Source of the DNA: a virus
Lineage: Duplodnaviria > Heunggongvirae > Uroviricota > Caudoviricetes
DNA length: 29,154 nucleotides
Direction: 5' to 3' (one strand)
Virus record (IMG/VR): IMGVR_UViG_2778261301_000008
Span: 1-29,154 of that record
Part shown: piece after piece, positions 19,745-27,949 of the stretch
Numbering within the stretch: position 1 is the stretch's first letter
Layout: every line of letters starts with the position of its first letter
The notes under the pieces: model-generated
Told to the model about the DNA's origin: nothing
The model's database searches: none
Seen by the model: the letters and a program-made list of their open reading frames with translations, nothing else
Program-made: the position numbers and the translations under genes

Positions 19745-19980
19745 TTGCCTGCATCCTCCAGCGACAACCCAATTCGCCCATGAAGCAATGTGGCCGATAC
19801 AATCCCGGCATTACACTCAACGGTTATATCTTCATCCGTGGCATCCACTTCATATATTCGTGAATAACATTCCGTGCATTTACCACTGAATGTACCTTCA
19901 GCCAGAACACGACCACGCTGTAAAATCCGAAACGGGATTCTTCCATTAAAGAGCTTTGCGGTTACCAGTAATTTCTTCAT
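19741..19980 (-). CDS. Hypothetical protein (79 aa)
   Basis: Track ORF trimmed to ATG (MKKLLVTAKLFNGRIPF...) with AGGAGA Shine-Dalgarno. Confidence 0.5.
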   Translation of the reverse strand: MKKLLVTAKLFNGRIPFRILQRGRVLAEGTFSGKCTECYSRIYEVDATDEDITVECNAGIVSATLLHGRIGLSLEDAGK

Positions 19981-20002
19981 ACATTCTCCTGATAACAAAA
20001 GG

Positions 20003-20470
20003 CTACTTAATGCACTGGGTGCGGATATATTCCTGCGCCCCTTCCAGTTGCTTCTGCATCGTCATCAACCGTTCTCTGAGGGTGAAATAATCCCGTTCAG
20101 CGGTGTCTGCCAGTCGGGGGCTGGTTGCATTATCCATGCTGGTGGGGCCGGTGGCTTCACGCACGGCTGCGGAGCAACTGGCATTGACCCGCAGGCGCTT
20201 ACGGCCAGCGGCAACATCAGCGCGCAGAGTTTCATTTTCAGCTTGCGCATTGGCTAATTCTCTCGAGTACTTTGCATCGAGCGCAGCAACATCACGCTGA
20301 CGCTGCTGCATGTCAGCGATGGTGGCGATCGCCTGCTTCAGCTCACTGACTTTTTTATCACGCTGTTCTTTGTAGGCGATGGCGTTATCACGGTAATGAT
20401 TGACCGCCCACGACAGGCAGACGATGATGCAGATAACCAGAGCATAAATAATCGCGGCGACTCTGCTCAC
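20003..20470 (-). CDS. Rz: Spanin inner-membrane subunit Rz (i-spanin)
   Basis: N-terminus (M)[33 protein letters not shown] and C-terminus [24 protein letters not shown] match recalled lambda Rz; likely GTG start overlapping the R stop; the track ORF extends to 20485. Confidence 0.85.
   Translation of the reverse strand: MSRVAAIIYALVICIIVCLSWAVNHYRDNAIAYKEQRDKKVSELKQAIATIADMQQRQRDVAALDAKYSRELANAQAENETLRADVAAGRKRLRVNASCSAAVREATGPTSMDNATSPRLADTAERDYFTLRERLMTMQKQLEGAQEYIRTQCIK
20065..20250 (-). CDS. Rz1: Spanin outer-membrane lipoprotein Rz1 (o-spanin), embedded in Rz in the +1 frame
   Basis: [61 protein letters not shown]: lipobox LAVSAC, proline-rich, close to recalled lambda Rz1. Confidence 0.82.
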   Translation of the reverse strand: MRKLKMKLCALMLPLAVSACGSMPVAPQPCVKPPAPPAWIMQPAPDWQTPLNGIISPSENG

Positions 20471-21000
20471 TGATCTATCCCCCAACAGGCTAATGCGCTT
20501 TCCTGGTCACGACGAATAACCTGTCCATAGCAGTTATTTGAACGTATGCGGCAATCGCGCCCACCATCTTTTATCCACCAGCGAATCGCCTCGCATGCGC
20601 CCTTACGATCACCGGCATTCAGCCGCTTATAAAACGTCGACGGGAAACACTTACCGGGGCCAATGTTATAGGGGCAAAATGACGCTATACCCGCTTTTTG
20701 TGGTTCGGTCAGTGGTACTTTAATATTGCGCTCCACCCATACCAGCGCCTTATCACGTTCAATGGCGTTAACCTGGTCGCATTTTTCCTTCGACAGTTTC
20801 ATACCGGGAAAAACGGGTTTTCCATCCACCATCGTGGCACCCCGACAGATGGTCCAGATGCCGGAACCATCGCGGTATGCCGTTGTGTGGTTACCTTCTT
20901 TTTCATCCAGAAACTGGTCGAGAATATCAGGCGCGGGCGCACCGACGGCAATCAGTGCCAGAACGGCAGCCGACAGGCCGTATCTGATTTTTGCGTTCAT
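20467..21000 (-). CDS. R: SAR endolysin (phage 21 / P1 Lyz-type lysozyme)
   Basis: 177-aa ORF with an N-terminal signal-anchor-release segment ([16 protein letters not shown]) followed by a lysozyme-like domain. Confidence 0.88.
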   Translation of the reverse strand: MNAKIRYGLSAAVLALIAVGAPAPDILDQFLDEKEGNHTTAYRDGSGIWTICRGATMVDGKPVFPGMKLSKEKCDQVNAIERDKALVWVERNIKVPLTEPQKAGIASFCPYNIGPGKCFPSTFYKRLNAGDRKGACEAIRWWIKDGGRDCRIRSNNCYGQVIRRDQESALACWGIDQ

Positions 21001-21063
21001 GGATATTTATCAGGATTTATCGGTTTCTGCCCACGGACAGGTTTATCTGTTCCGGTCAGTGAC

Positions 21064-21414
21064 TTAAGGTTGTGATTCCGGAGGAGTCTTCAGAGAACCA
21101 GTAATTCTTCCTGGTAGCTTTCCTTTGTAGGTTATCCACACATTCTGCGCCTCTAAAATTACGGGGCGCTTTTCCGGCGACTGCTCATCCCCTTCACATA
21201 ACCCGGCAGCAACATCCAAGAAGACCTGTCTGATGCTCCTTCTGGCTGCTGCCTCATAAAACTCCAGCGCGGCACCTTCAACACGGTCCAGCGAGATGTC
21301 CAGGTCAAAAATTTCACCGTCAAAGCGTTTTTTGTCCCGTAACGCTAAAGTTACCGTAACTTTATTCTCAAAATTGCGGATCCCTTTCACAATCAGTTCA
21401 TAGTTTTGAGTCAT
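21064..21414 (-). CDS. Hypothetical protein (116 aa) inserted between holin and endolysin
   Basis: ATG 4 nt after the holin stop, GGAGAG Shine-Dalgarno; same position as the ydfR-type gene between holin and lysozyme in some E. coli prophages (recollection). Confidence 0.6.
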   Translation of the reverse strand: MTQNYELIVKGIRNFENKVTVTLALRDKKRFDGEIFDLDISLDRVEGAALEFYEAAARRSIRQVFLDVAAGLCEGDEQSPEKRPVILEAQNVWITYKGKLPGRITGSLKTPPESQP

Positions 21415-21418
21415 TGAA

Positions 21419-21634
21419 TTACTCTCCCCGTGCAGCCTTACGCTTGTCTTCTCTGATTTTGAAGTACAGATTTGTCAGATAAGTCAGGAAGCCCAGAACC
21501 AGACTCCCCAGTACACCAATCGCAGCCCACTGTGACGGACTAACCTGATCAAGCCACCGTAAAAACCAGTAGCCAGCACTGCCTGCGGAGGTGCCGTAGG
21601 CAATGCCCGTTGAAATTTTGTCCATGGATTTCAT
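21419..21634 (-). CDS. S: Class II holin S21-type pinholin with dual start motif
   Basis: 71-aa [71 protein letters not shown], nearly identical to my recollection of phage 21 S; Met1/Met4 dual starts. Confidence 0.9.
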   Translation of the reverse strand: MKSMDKISTGIAYGTSAGSAGYWFLRWLDQVSPSQWAAIGVLGSLVLGFLTYLTNLYFKIREDKRKAARGE

Positions 21635-21794
21635 AGCCTCACCTCCGCAAATAACGGATGGCGTAGTTTTACACTGAGAAATGAAAGGGATTTGAAAAGA
21701 AAAAACCGCAAAAACGGGCGAAACGATATATACAGTAAGGAAAGCACTCTATCCAACAAACCACCCACAGTTAATCGGAATAAAAGCAGAGTGC

Positions 21795-21867
21795 TTATGA
21801 ATGATCGCCTGCCCGAAGGTTAGTATTTCTGCACAGCAATTTTGCAAAAAAAGGCGATCATTCATAA
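21795..21867. repeat. Perfect 15-bp inverted repeat (TTATGAATGATCGCC / GGCGATCATTCATAA) separated by a 43-bp spacer
   Basis: Seen directly in the sequence; lies in the late-operon leader between the tRNAs and S. Confidence 0.7.
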
Positions 21868-21906
21868 CTTAAACGTCTTTCAGTCACTCCGGGATTTCCC
21901 ATCATC

Positions 21907-21920
21907 GCAGACTGAAAGAC
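21907..21920. repeat. 14-bp direct repeat GCAGACTGAAAGAC, copy 1, immediately 3' of the tRNA pair
   Basis: Identical 14-mer also at 22205-22218; an inverted partial copy (GTCTTTCAGT) at about 21876-21885 forms a hairpin with this copy. Confidence 0.7.
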
Positions 21921-21926
21921 TCTAAC

Positions 21927-22001
<75 letters not shown>

Positions 22002-22003
22002 AT

Positions 22004-22079
<76 letters not shown>

Positions 22080-22204
22080 CGCTGGTTCCTCGGGTGTGAA
22101 TGAGATGCCCGGATACATAATTTACCCTTCCCTCGGAACCGCAGAGATAATACAAATAAATAACCAGAATTCAATATTTGCTTATTCGTCTGTCGAAAAA
22201 GTCA

Positions 22205-22218
22205 GCAGACTGAAAGAC
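22205..22218. repeat. 14-bp direct repeat GCAGACTGAAAGAC, copy 2, upstream of the tRNA pair
   Basis: Identical to 21907-21920. Confidence 0.7.
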
Positions 22219-22270
22219 CGGTATTCACAACCACCAGCGCGTTTAACGTCCGGTGCTGTTTTTCGGACAT

Positions 22271-22295
22271 AAAAAACCCGCTGAGTGGCGGGCTG
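22271..22295 (-). terminator. Putative tR' terminator downstream of the late promoter
   Basis: Minus strand CCCGC-cactca-GCGGG followed by a T6 run, about 60 nt downstream of the predicted pR' start. Confidence 0.5.
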
Positions 22296-22335
22296 TAAAA
22301 ATTCTTCTAACGTCATGCATAAAACGCCCATCATT

Positions 22336-22370
22336 AGTGCGAATTTACCACGGATTCGGGAAAAATCAAC
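22336..22370 (-). promoter_or_regulatory. Putative late promoter pR' (sigma-70)
   Basis: Minus strand TTGATT, 16-nt spacer, TAAATT with TG extension; lies immediately after the Q stop codon as in lambdoid phages. Confidence 0.45.
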
Positions 22371-22374
22371 AACA

Positions 22375-23196
22375 CTATCGCGTTACCCTCTTTAACTGCC
22401 GCTCCGCCCATGACTCTTCAATGTCAAACCGAACCACCAGCGTATCGTAAAAACGCTTCACTGATTTTTTCCACGTATCAAGAGTGATAGCGCTCGTCAC
22501 TTTGCATATGGCATTAAACGCCTCTGTTGACGGCAATCTTTCATAGCCACGACCACCACAACGCTGGCAGTCTCTGATAACAGGCATACCACGTTTTACC
22601 GACTCTTCACGATGAATGGCGACACCACGCCCACGGCAATCCTTACAGGCGGTGGAGACCTCACCCTTTCCCCCGCATTCAGGACAGGCAACTTTTACCA
22701 CTTCCCGGACTTTTTTCCATTCTTCCCAGTAAGACGGATACACGCCTTTTGTACACTTTGCCCATACTGGCGGCTTGCCATCCGGATACTGGACCTTGTT
22801 TGTAAAAACTACGCTTTCAATAAATTTTTTCCCACCGCAACAAGGGCACTGTTTTTTACTCGCTGCACTGCGGGCATAATCCTCAAAAGCGTACGAAGCC
22901 ATAATGCGCATCACTGCCGGTTTTATTTCTGCCGGAAGTTTTCTCAACGCCGCCACGCGATCGCACCGACTGAGTGCATAATCTGCCAGTAATTCTGTTG
23001 CCCGCGCCCTGTCATTCATACTGATGCCCATTTTCCCCAGGAACGCAGAAAATCCCATCTCAGCCCGGTTTTGTGTCATACCCTGCGCAGCCATCACATC
23101 AGTGATGCTCAGCGCATCTTTTGACGTCGAGGCGGATGCATCAGTCAGTCCTAGCGATTTTGGGGAATAGTATTTCGGTAAATCTTCCAGCTTCAT
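22375..23196 (-). CDS. Antitermination protein Q-like, with four CxxCxGxG zinc-finger repeats
   Basis: 273-aa ORF directly upstream of pR'/tR' and the lysis genes; ATG overlaps the rusA stop (ATGA); repeats CPCCGGKK, CPECGGKG, CKDCRGRG, CQRCGGRG. Confidence 0.65.
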   Translation of the reverse strand: MKLEDLPKYYSPKSLGLTDASASTSKDALSITDVMAAQGMTQNRAEMGFSAFLGKMGISMNDRARATELLADYALSRCDRVAALRKLPAEIKPAVMRIMASYAFEDYARSAASKKQCPCCGGKKFIESVVFTNKVQYPDGKPPVWAKCTKGVYPSYWEEWKKVREVVKVACPECGGKGEVSTACKDCRGRGVAIHREESVKRGMPVIRDCQRCGGRGYERLPSTEAFNAICKVTSAITLDTWKKSVKRFYDTLVVRFDIEESWAERQLKRVTR

Positions 23197-23567
23197 TTAT
23201 TGACCTGCCCGTCATGCATTATTTCGTAAATTTTCACGCCCAGTCGACCACCAGGAACGAGCTGACCGCGCACTATATTGATTTCGTCAAACTGCTCATC
23301 GTCGATAAGCAGTCCTGCATGTGTCAGTGCATCCAGTGGTGCCTTCAGGATATTGTCCATGTCGCGGCGGCGCTTATCCGGTGGCTCTGCAATAATCCTG
23401 ATTGCCAATCTACCGGACAGATTTAATTTCAGTCGCTGCTGGCGAACAATAAGCGCCACATCCCGGCGATAACGCTCACCGGCTTTTGATACAAAATATG
23501 TGCTGCCACGACGTCGCCAGTAGGTGTTCACCGTTGGCGGGTAAGGCAAAACAAACTCTATACGCAT
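23193..23567 (-). CDS. rusA: Holliday junction resolvase RusA
   Basis: 124-aa ORF with the RusA-type PPDKRRRDMDNILKAPLDAL motif, similar to recalled E. coli RusA. Confidence 0.85.
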   Translation of the reverse strand: MRIEFVLPYPPTVNTYWRRRGSTYFVSKAGERYRRDVALIVRQQRLKLNLSGRLAIRIIAEPPDKRRRDMDNILKAPLDALTHAGLLIDDEQFDEINIVRGQLVPGGRLGVKIYEIMHDGQVNK

Positions 23568-23579
23568 CAGTAACCTCTT

Positions 23580-24629
23580 TTACCCGAGCACGCCGGTTGC
23601 AAAGGCGTGATCAAGAAAACGAAAAATTAAATCAACCTGGGAACCATGCTTTTCTTCGAACGCCAGCGGATCCGCATGAAGCTCGTTGTGATGCTCCCGA
23701 CACAACGGTAGCGTGAAAATATCGTGGGATTTTGTTCCCATTCCACCCTGACCATGACCAATCAGGTGATGGGGATCGTCGGCTGGCTTACCACAACACG
23801 CGCACGGCTGTGTCTTTACCCAGCGCGTGTATTTCTCATTCATCCAGCGGCGACGTTTAGGTCGCCTCATGAAAGATTCAGGAGACTCCGGATCTACGGC
23901 AATGCTGACCACCGTCTTTTCCTGTGGTGCGTTCTGTTGCTGGTGGACGTGAGGCAACTGCGCAAGATTTTTTGTGCGCTGCTTCAGTATGCTGGTGGCG
24001 GTCTGCTCTCCCGGTATGATGTCGCTTTCGCGGTACACCGAGCGGATTTTTTCCGCACGTAATCCCAGCGAACGACGCAATACTGTCTCCGGTAGCGCGT
24101 CCGCCACCTGATTGCAGACTGCCCACCAGGATAATTCAGCCAGCGATAATTCCCGCTCCTGTGTGCCATTCATTGCCTGGCGTATGACGTCAATCATCCA
24201 TGCTGTCAGGTTTTGGTGAGCAAGTTGCCCGAGTGATTCGGAAGTCTGGTCACGCAGCTGGTTGTCGCAGTGCCAGCACAACACCATCGCGCCAGCACCG
24301 TAACGATGTATGACGGTTTCGCTGTGATGGTAGTCACCATGAGGCCACTGGCAGGATTTAACGTGGCGCAATAGCCAGTCAGACAGTGCACCAGCACCGC
24401 CAGCAGCGCGAATCACCCGCTCATCGCTGAAAAATGGCAGCAGAGATTTGTCTTCCGCCAGCGGCTGGCGAACGGCAGGAACGACTCCGGATGGCAGACC
24501 TCGCATGCTTTTTGGTTCCGGCTCCACCAGCACACGCCCCTGCATAAACAAAGGCATCGCATCAGGACCGGGCCTGAAAAGTACAATCCCCAGACGGTGA
24601 GCAATTTCAGGAGTCACTAATACCCGCAC
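23580..24629 (-). CDS. DUF968-like prophage protein with C-terminal HNH-like motif
   Basis: 349-aa ORF; C-terminus CACCGKPADDPHHLIGHGQGGMGTKSHDIFTLPLCREHHNELH; resembles the YdfU-type nin-region protein from recollection. Confidence 0.6.
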   Translation of the reverse strand: MRVLVTPEIAHRLGIVLFRPGPDAMPLFMQGRVLVEPEPKSMRGLPSGVVPAVRQPLAEDKSLLPFFSDERVIRAAGGAGALSDWLLRHVKSCQWPHGDYHHSETVIHRYGAGAMVLCWHCDNQLRDQTSESLGQLAHQNLTAWMIDVIRQAMNGTQERELSLAELSWWAVCNQVADALPETVLRRSLGLRAEKIRSVYRESDIIPGEQTATSILKQRTKNLAQLPHVHQQQNAPQEKTVVSIAVDPESPESFMRRPKRRRWMNEKYTRWVKTQPCACCGKPADDPHHLIGHGQGGMGTKSHDIFTLPLCREHHNELHADPLAFEEKHGSQVDLIFRFLDHAFATGVLG

Positions 24630-24630
24630 A

Positions 24631-24903
24631 TTACCTCCAGATGCGTTGCTGGAATGTGCGGGACGGACGCGGTGGGCGTTCGGAATAAGGGAGTCTGACG
24701 TAGATTATCCAGTGACGATAATCGAGGGTGAGGGCTTTCCTAAACTCATACCCACGTCTGCGGTAGTTCTGAATCAGCCATTCGGCCTGTTCTTCAGTGC
24801 AGGGATCGTGCTGATACCAGTCATATTTGAATGCGTGCGAACGCCGCCCGTGCCTGCTGGCACGAACGGTATCAGAATTGTGTAATTTGGTCTTGTGCGC
24901 CAT
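24631..24903 (-). CDS. Hypothetical protein (about 90 aa)
   Basis: Track ORF 24631-24957 appears to start on a non-ATG codon, so trimmed to the first ATG (MAHKTKLHNSDTV...); stop lies 2 nt before the DUF968 start. Confidence 0.4.
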   Translation of the reverse strand: MAHKTKLHNSDTVRASRHGRRSHAFKYDWYQHDPCTEEQAEWLIQNYRRRGYEFRKALTLDYRHWIIYVRLPYSERPPRPSRTFQQRIWR

Positions 24904-24967
24904 CTGTTTTCTCTGCTGGCGCAGCAGGTGCCAGTTGTTCAGGCTGGCGTGCGGCAATATTGTCTCT

Positions 24968-25035
24968 GATTTCTGTTGTCGTCAACAGGCAACGTGCTAT
25001 CATCGAATGGTGTTCTATCCTACTCCGTGAGGTTT
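24968..25035 (+). promoter_or_regulatory. Putative parDE promoter with palindromic operator
   Basis: TTGTCG, 16-nt spacer, TATCAT; palindrome CTGTTG-tcgt-CAACAG overlaps the -35 element; GAGG Shine-Dalgarno before parD. Confidence 0.5.
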
Positions 25036-25038
25036 ACC

Positions 25039-25296
25039 ATGCGTACAACCCAACAATTCAGCATTACATTAACTAACGAAATGGCTGACATGGTGCGCGC
25101 CCGTGTGGCTTCCGGTGCCTATGCATCAGAAAGCGAGGTCATTCGTGAAGGACTTCGCGCACTGAATGAGCGCGATAAAGCAATCGAAGCGTGGTTAACG
25201 CATTCAGCCGCCCCCTCTCTTGATTCTATCCGCGAAAATCCAAACAACGGACGCTCCATTTCACAGGTTCGCGCCGAGATTCGATCCGGGAAGTAA
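25039..25296 (+). CDS. parD: ParD-family ribbon-helix-helix antitoxin
   Basis: MRTTQQFSITLTNEMADMVRARVASGAYASESEVIREGLRALNERDKAIEAWL shows the ParD-type pattern; 5 nt upstream of the toxin gene. Confidence 0.8.
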   Translation: MRTTQQFSITLTNEMADMVRARVASGAYASESEVIREGLRALNERDKAIEAWLTHSAAPSLDSIRENPNNGRSISQVRAEIRSGK

Positions 25297-25301
25297 TCTG
25301 C

Positions 25302-25601
25302 ATGACATATGAAGTCATCATTACTCCTGAGGCCGAACAACAAATAATCAACCTGCACAGATATATAACGGAGAAAGCAGGGAACGTCATTGCTGACAAT
25401 TATGCCAATGCGCTTCTTGATTATCTTGATGGGTTTTCTACATTCCCGCATCGGGGCAATAAACGCGATGATATTCGCCAGGGGATGCGGGTAACTCATT
25501 TCCGCCACAGAACGATTATTGCTTTTGCCGTTGATGGCAGAAAAGTCTTTATTGTCGGTATCTATCATGGTGGGCAAAGTTATGAAACCGATTTCTTATA
25601 A
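25302..25601 (+). CDS. parE: ParE/RelE-family toxin
   Basis: 99-aa ORF immediately after parD; size and operon arrangement typical of ParE. Confidence 0.8.
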   Translation: MTYEVIITPEAEQQIINLHRYITEKAGNVIADNYANALLDYLDGFSTFPHRGNKRDDIRQGMRVTHFRHRTIIAFAVDGRKVFIVGIYHGGQSYETDFL

Positions 25602-25683
25602 ACTTTTACCCACATCATTCCGGTGTTAGAATAAACCATCCGCCCCCTCTCTTACTGGCGGATTCGTAGGCTATATAAATCAA

Positions 25684-25718
25684 AGATCCCGGCTCATGTT
25701 TGTGTCGGGATCTTTTTT
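25684..25718 (+). terminator. Rho-independent terminator of the parDE operon
   Basis: AGATCCCG-loop-CGGGATCT followed by TTTTTT. Confidence 0.6.
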
Positions 25719-25725
25719 CGGCGAT

Positions 25726-25809
25726 TTATCCCCAGCGGCAAATCGAATACACCACCAACGCCACCGCCAGTGCGATTCCTACCGTTGTGAATGCTTCAGG
25801 CCAGGTCAT
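25726..25809 (-). CDS. Possible small hydrophobic peptide (27 aa), low confidence
   Basis: Hand translation [27 protein letters not shown]; ATG overlaps the upstream stop (ATGA); GGAGG about 10 nt upstream. Confidence 0.25.
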   Translation of the reverse strand: MTWPEAFTTVGIALAVALVVYSICRWG

Positions 25810-26150
25810 CGTAAAACATCCTCCACGCTTATCAATCCGTTCCGCTCCAGATAACTCATCGCCTTATCCGGTAATTTGCAGTCTGGCTTCGCTTTCCTCA
25901 GTTGCCAGGCTAACTGCTTTACCTGCATAGTTAACTCGTCGACCAGACGCTGATACCCCACTGGTTTGTATTCATGCAATTTACCGGCTGGCTCTGCTGC
26001 CAGCGATACCAGTGCGATTTCCAGAACAGCAATATCCATCTTATATGTGCGGATGATGTCATTGTCGATTGTGCCCGGTATGCACAATCTCTGTGCTTCA
26101 ATAGTCTCCTCTGCGTGAGCTATTAACTGCTCTCTGGTAAAAGTCGTCAT
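25806..26150 (-). CDS. Hypothetical protein (114 aa)
   Basis: ORF with ATG overlapping the HNH gene stop (ATGA). Confidence 0.5.
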   Translation of the reverse strand: MTTFTREQLIAHAEETIEAQRLCIPGTIDNDIIRTYKMDIAVLEIALVSLAAEPAGKLHEYKPVGYQRLVDELTMQVKQLAWQLRKAKPDCKLPDKAMSYLERNGLISVEDVLR

Positions 26151-26512
26151 GCCGTAGCCCCTTCTTGATATTTTTCAAACCAGAACACAACTGGGTCAGA
26201 TTTCATTTCAACCAATCCCATACGAACCAGCGCCTTGCCTTTCCCGGACGCAAGGAATTCACGACGACCATCACTGATAATTCGCCGATAATCTTCCAGG
26301 CTACTGCAATGCTTGTGCAGATTGCATGGGTGGCATGCCGGAACCATGTTGGATATATCGTCACGTTCCTGGTGAAGCATATTTCCATCAAAACGGATGA
26401 CCGGTTTTACATGGTCTGCATGCCACTTTTCGCCAAGTTCGCAGCCGCAATAAGCGCAGCGACCACCGAACTTCATGCGCAGTTCTGCACGTTGTTTTTT
26501 CGTCAGTGACAT
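26147..26512 (-). CDS. HNH endonuclease
   Basis: CAYCGC...HADHVKP...CHPCN motif; AAGGAA Shine-Dalgarno. Confidence 0.8.
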   Translation of the reverse strand: MSLTKKQRAELRMKFGGRCAYCGCELGEKWHADHVKPVIRFDGNMLHQERDDISNMVPACHPCNLHKHCSSLEDYRRIISDGRREFLASGKGKALVRMGLVEMKSDPVVFWFEKYQEGATA

Positions 26513-26513
26513 A

Positions 26514-26732
26514 TCAGCTTTCCTTATACGGATTAATTTTATTGTGTAGTGTGTTGAATGGTCCCCATATCACATCGGTATATAACTCAATAATAGGTTC
26601 AATTATTTTCACGATTATCCAGACAAAAATTAGCGGGGATATCGGTATCATCAACACGATAAACAGAATGAGAAACAAAAATTCTGTCGCTCTACTCTTT
26701 CGCGGATATTCTTTTCTGAATAATGTAGTCAT
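26514..26732 (-). CDS. Hypothetical small membrane protein (72 aa), AT-rich
   Basis: Hydrophobic core FLFLILFIVLMIPISPLIFVWIIVKII; stop abuts the HNH gene start. Confidence 0.5.
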   Translation of the reverse strand: MTTLFRKEYPRKSRATEFLFLILFIVLMIPISPLIFVWIIVKIIEPIIELYTDVIWGPFNTLHNKINPYKES

Positions 26733-26764
26733 TTCTTACCGCCCTTTCGGGCGGCCTCCTGACA

Positions 26765-26977
26765 TTAATCGTTGTGATAACTCATAGCTTCATTTGCAGC
26801 ATCAACTGGATCAACATCCCACCAGCAATAATTTGGTTCGACTCCTTCAGGTGTCCACGGCTCTAATTCATTTTTTGCCGCATTCTCGTCGCCAGTAATT
26901 TTAAAAATCTGCTCAGAAAATTTCCTCACCCACTCGTTATATTTTTCCGCATTAATGGTTTTCTGTGTATTTAACAT
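26765..26977 (-). CDS. Hypothetical acidic protein (70 aa)
   Basis: ATG with GGAGG Shine-Dalgarno; followed by a GC hairpin (CCGCCC-gaaa-GGGCGG) before the membrane-protein gene. Confidence 0.5.
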   Translation of the reverse strand: MLNTQKTINAEKYNEWVRKFSEQIFKITGDENAAKNELEPWTPEGVEPNYCWWDVDPVDAANEAMSYHND

Positions 26978-27027
26978 AGATATACCTCCAGTTAAGGATT
27001 TGATTTTATTTACAGTGCTAAATTTAT

Positions 27028-27384
27028 TTATTCAGTTCTGGATTTCGTCGCCCTGCGTATCCGCGCTTTCGCGTTACGCTCAATCTGAATTAACTTTTCT
27101 ATATTTTTCCGTCTTTCCTGTTCCTCCTGGCGCAATAGCCTTACATCATCTGCCAGTCTGGTTTCTCTTTTCGCCACAGAGAGCATCCAGTCAAACGGCT
27201 CCACAACTGCACCGCAGATTTTACAGCGGACCTGACGCTCTTTTTCGTCAACCCGGACAGAAGCGTGATGACAATATGGTCTTTCCGATGGCTCATAAAG
27301 AAAATTAACCTGATTACGTGGGTCATCCTCTTTTACCGGAAATAAAACAATATTACTTAACTCATCTTCTGGTTTGATTTCCAT
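27028..27384 (-). CDS. Hypothetical Zn-ribbon protein with C-terminal basic coiled coil (about 118 aa)
   Basis: Track ORF trimmed to ATG (MEIKPEDELSN...) with GGAGAGGAG Shine-Dalgarno; CHH...CKIC motif. Confidence 0.5.
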   Translation of the reverse strand: MEIKPEDELSNIVLFPVKEDDPRNQVNFLYEPSERPYCHHASVRVDEKERQVRCKICGAVVEPFDWMLSVAKRETRLADDVRLLRQEEQERRKNIEKLIQIERNAKARIRRATKSRTE

Positions 27385-27949
27385 GCTCCTCTCCTTTGAT
27401 GCGAATGCCAGCGGCGCGTGGCACATTAGCTTCCACGATGCGCACAGTTGGTTTGTACATCTCAATCGCTGCCAGCCAGTCAGCTCCTGTCATGCGCTTT
27501 TCTGCATCGCCATTAGTCCACTGAACCGGTACACCAATAGCCTTCATCGCAATTTCTATTTCCCCGGCAATGGCGCTTTTTCCGCAACCAGTAAAACCAG
27601 ATACAACGACAAGAACTTCGCCCTTGGCCGGTTTTATTTCCCGCGCTTCCAGCTCTTTAACGCGCTCCTCGAGTTCGTAGACTCTGCATTGTTCTTTATC
27701 ATCAATCAGATATAACCCAAGACATTCGCTTTCTACCCAGCCACCGAAATCATGATCGTAACGCTCACATGAAAACTCACCGTCGCTGTCCTTTGTTGGG
27801 ATGGTGTAGCTATCTAATGGGCCACCATACGTCGGCACATTTCCCAATGTCGGATGCTCAATCCACATGAAAAATGCACGTCCGGTTATTGGGCAAATAT
27901 CTGGTCGCCATTGGTTACTCACTGGTTGCCTCCTGGAAAATAACTGCAT
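27362..27949 (-). CDS. Hypothetical protein (195 aa) with Walker A-like motif
   Basis: N-terminal region resembles phage DUF551-type proteins (weak recollection); C-terminal SGFTGCGKS fits the GxxGxGK[ST] pattern. Confidence 0.5.
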   Translation of the reverse strand: MQLFSRRQPVSNQWRPDICPITGRAFFMWIEHPTLGNVPTYGGPLDSYTIPTKDSDGEFSCERYDHDFGGWVESECLGLYLIDDKEQCRVYELEERVKELEAREIKPAKGEVLVVVSGFTGCGKSAIAGEIEIAMKAIGVPVQWTNGDAEKRMTGADWLAAIEMYKPTVRIVEANVPRAAGIRIKGEEHGNQTRR

